A stretch of DNA of 63,830 bases, filler included, from Nitrospinota bacterium (GTDB lineage Bacteria > JADFOP01), in NCBI GenBank assembly GCA_022562795.1. It is 5 parts of 4 records of this genome, joined end to end, with 100 filler letters (N's around TTAATTAATTAA, not from the genome) between each part and the next. Parts side by side here need not be neighbours in the genome. Positions count along the whole stretch, not along the records: positions 58,386 to 63,830 come from JADFOP010000069.1; 4 more parts are not named here. One strand, given 5' to 3'. Numbering within the stretch: position 1 is the stretch's first letter; the number at the start of each line of letters is the position of its first letter. Below, piece after piece: positions 63,383-63,830 of the stretch. The position numbers and the translations under genes are program-made. Under the pieces are notes generated by a model. The model was not told the DNA's origin and ran no database searches. It saw only the letters and a list, made by a program, of their open reading frames with translations.

Positions 63383-63633
63383 ATTGGCGATTATGCAGAT
63401 GAGTCAGCAAATCGCCCATTCAATTTCGTCACGCATCCTTCCAGAACTCTCTCAACGAAGTCTCCATTCTCAAGGTGTCGTGCATTTACTGTCATATCTG
63501 GCCCTCCTTAGCCTTGACGAGAGAGCCAGTTCTGAGTATCCTTGGAATTGCAACGGCCAAGTCTCTTGCTTGCTCAGGGCTTGGTCTTGGCCTCAATGAG
63601 ATTGCGGTCCCATTGGGGCCTTTTTATAGCCTC

Positions 63634-63662
63634 TTGAATTGGTATAACATGTATGTTATAAT
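63634..63662 (+). promoter_or_regulatory. sigma70 promoter with a perfect palindromic operator
   Basis: TTGAAT-17-TATAAT overlapped by TATAACAT-GT-ATGTTATA. Confidence 0.65.
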
Positions 63663-63709
63663 ATTATCAACAGAAAAACTGGACAATAGAACAAAAATGT
63701 GATACTTTA

Positions 63710-63830
63710 ATGACTAGGAAGCTTTGGAGTATTGAAGAGTATTCAAGTGCATGGAGTTCTCTTTATGATAGATGTGACCAGGATACGAAAGAAATTCTTG
63801 ACCGCAAATGTGACCAGTTGCGGGAAAAGG
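63710..63830 (+). CDS. Partial ORF, possibly a RelE/HigB-type toxin N-terminus
   Basis: MTRKLWSIEEYSSAWSSLYDRCDQDTKEILDRKCDQLREK... open to the window end. Confidence 0.4.
   Translation, partial: MTRKLWSIEEYSSAWSSLYDRCDQDTKEILDRKCDQLREK

Noticed and set aside
63391-63495. 34-aa minus-strand ORF with AAGGAGG RBS (MTVNARHLENGDFVERVLEG...)
   Set aside because: Too short and no recognisable family; it cannot be supported without homologs.

Overview
This GC-rich bacterial window looks like part of a metagenome-assembled genome. It consists of five contigs joined by artificial N-TTAATTAATTAA-N linkers (27722-27821, 41253-41352, 51375-51474, 58286-58385), so adjacency across those linkers is not biological. 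Most of it is housekeeping: lexA-dinB, hpt, def, a kinase-dCMP deaminase fusion, a sulfite/nitrite reductase, an rrn operon with tRNA-Ile/Ala, yebC-ruvCAB-queA, Fe-S accessory genes, gltX, hisS, cobB, glpK, uvrBC, nth, pcrA and gatCA. Several features are missed or truncated by the ORF track: (1) two UGA-recoded selenoproteins with SECIS-like hairpins (SelD-Sec and an OsmC-like Sec protein coupled to uvrC); (2) a duplicated 3' end of a GrdB-like gene flanking a DUF1326/DUF2182 cassette; (3) a candidate sigma54-driven ~110-nt sRNA with GGA loops; (4) GTAG-type REP arrays and a RAYT remnant bracketing an acidic beta-helix gene; (5) a CdbA-like RHH microprotein and a Cys-rich DIGGEG-ending microprotein; (6) candidate LexA and Rrf2/IscR operators. 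The 5' part of the 23S appears chimeric. All family calls come from motif recognition, not database searches.
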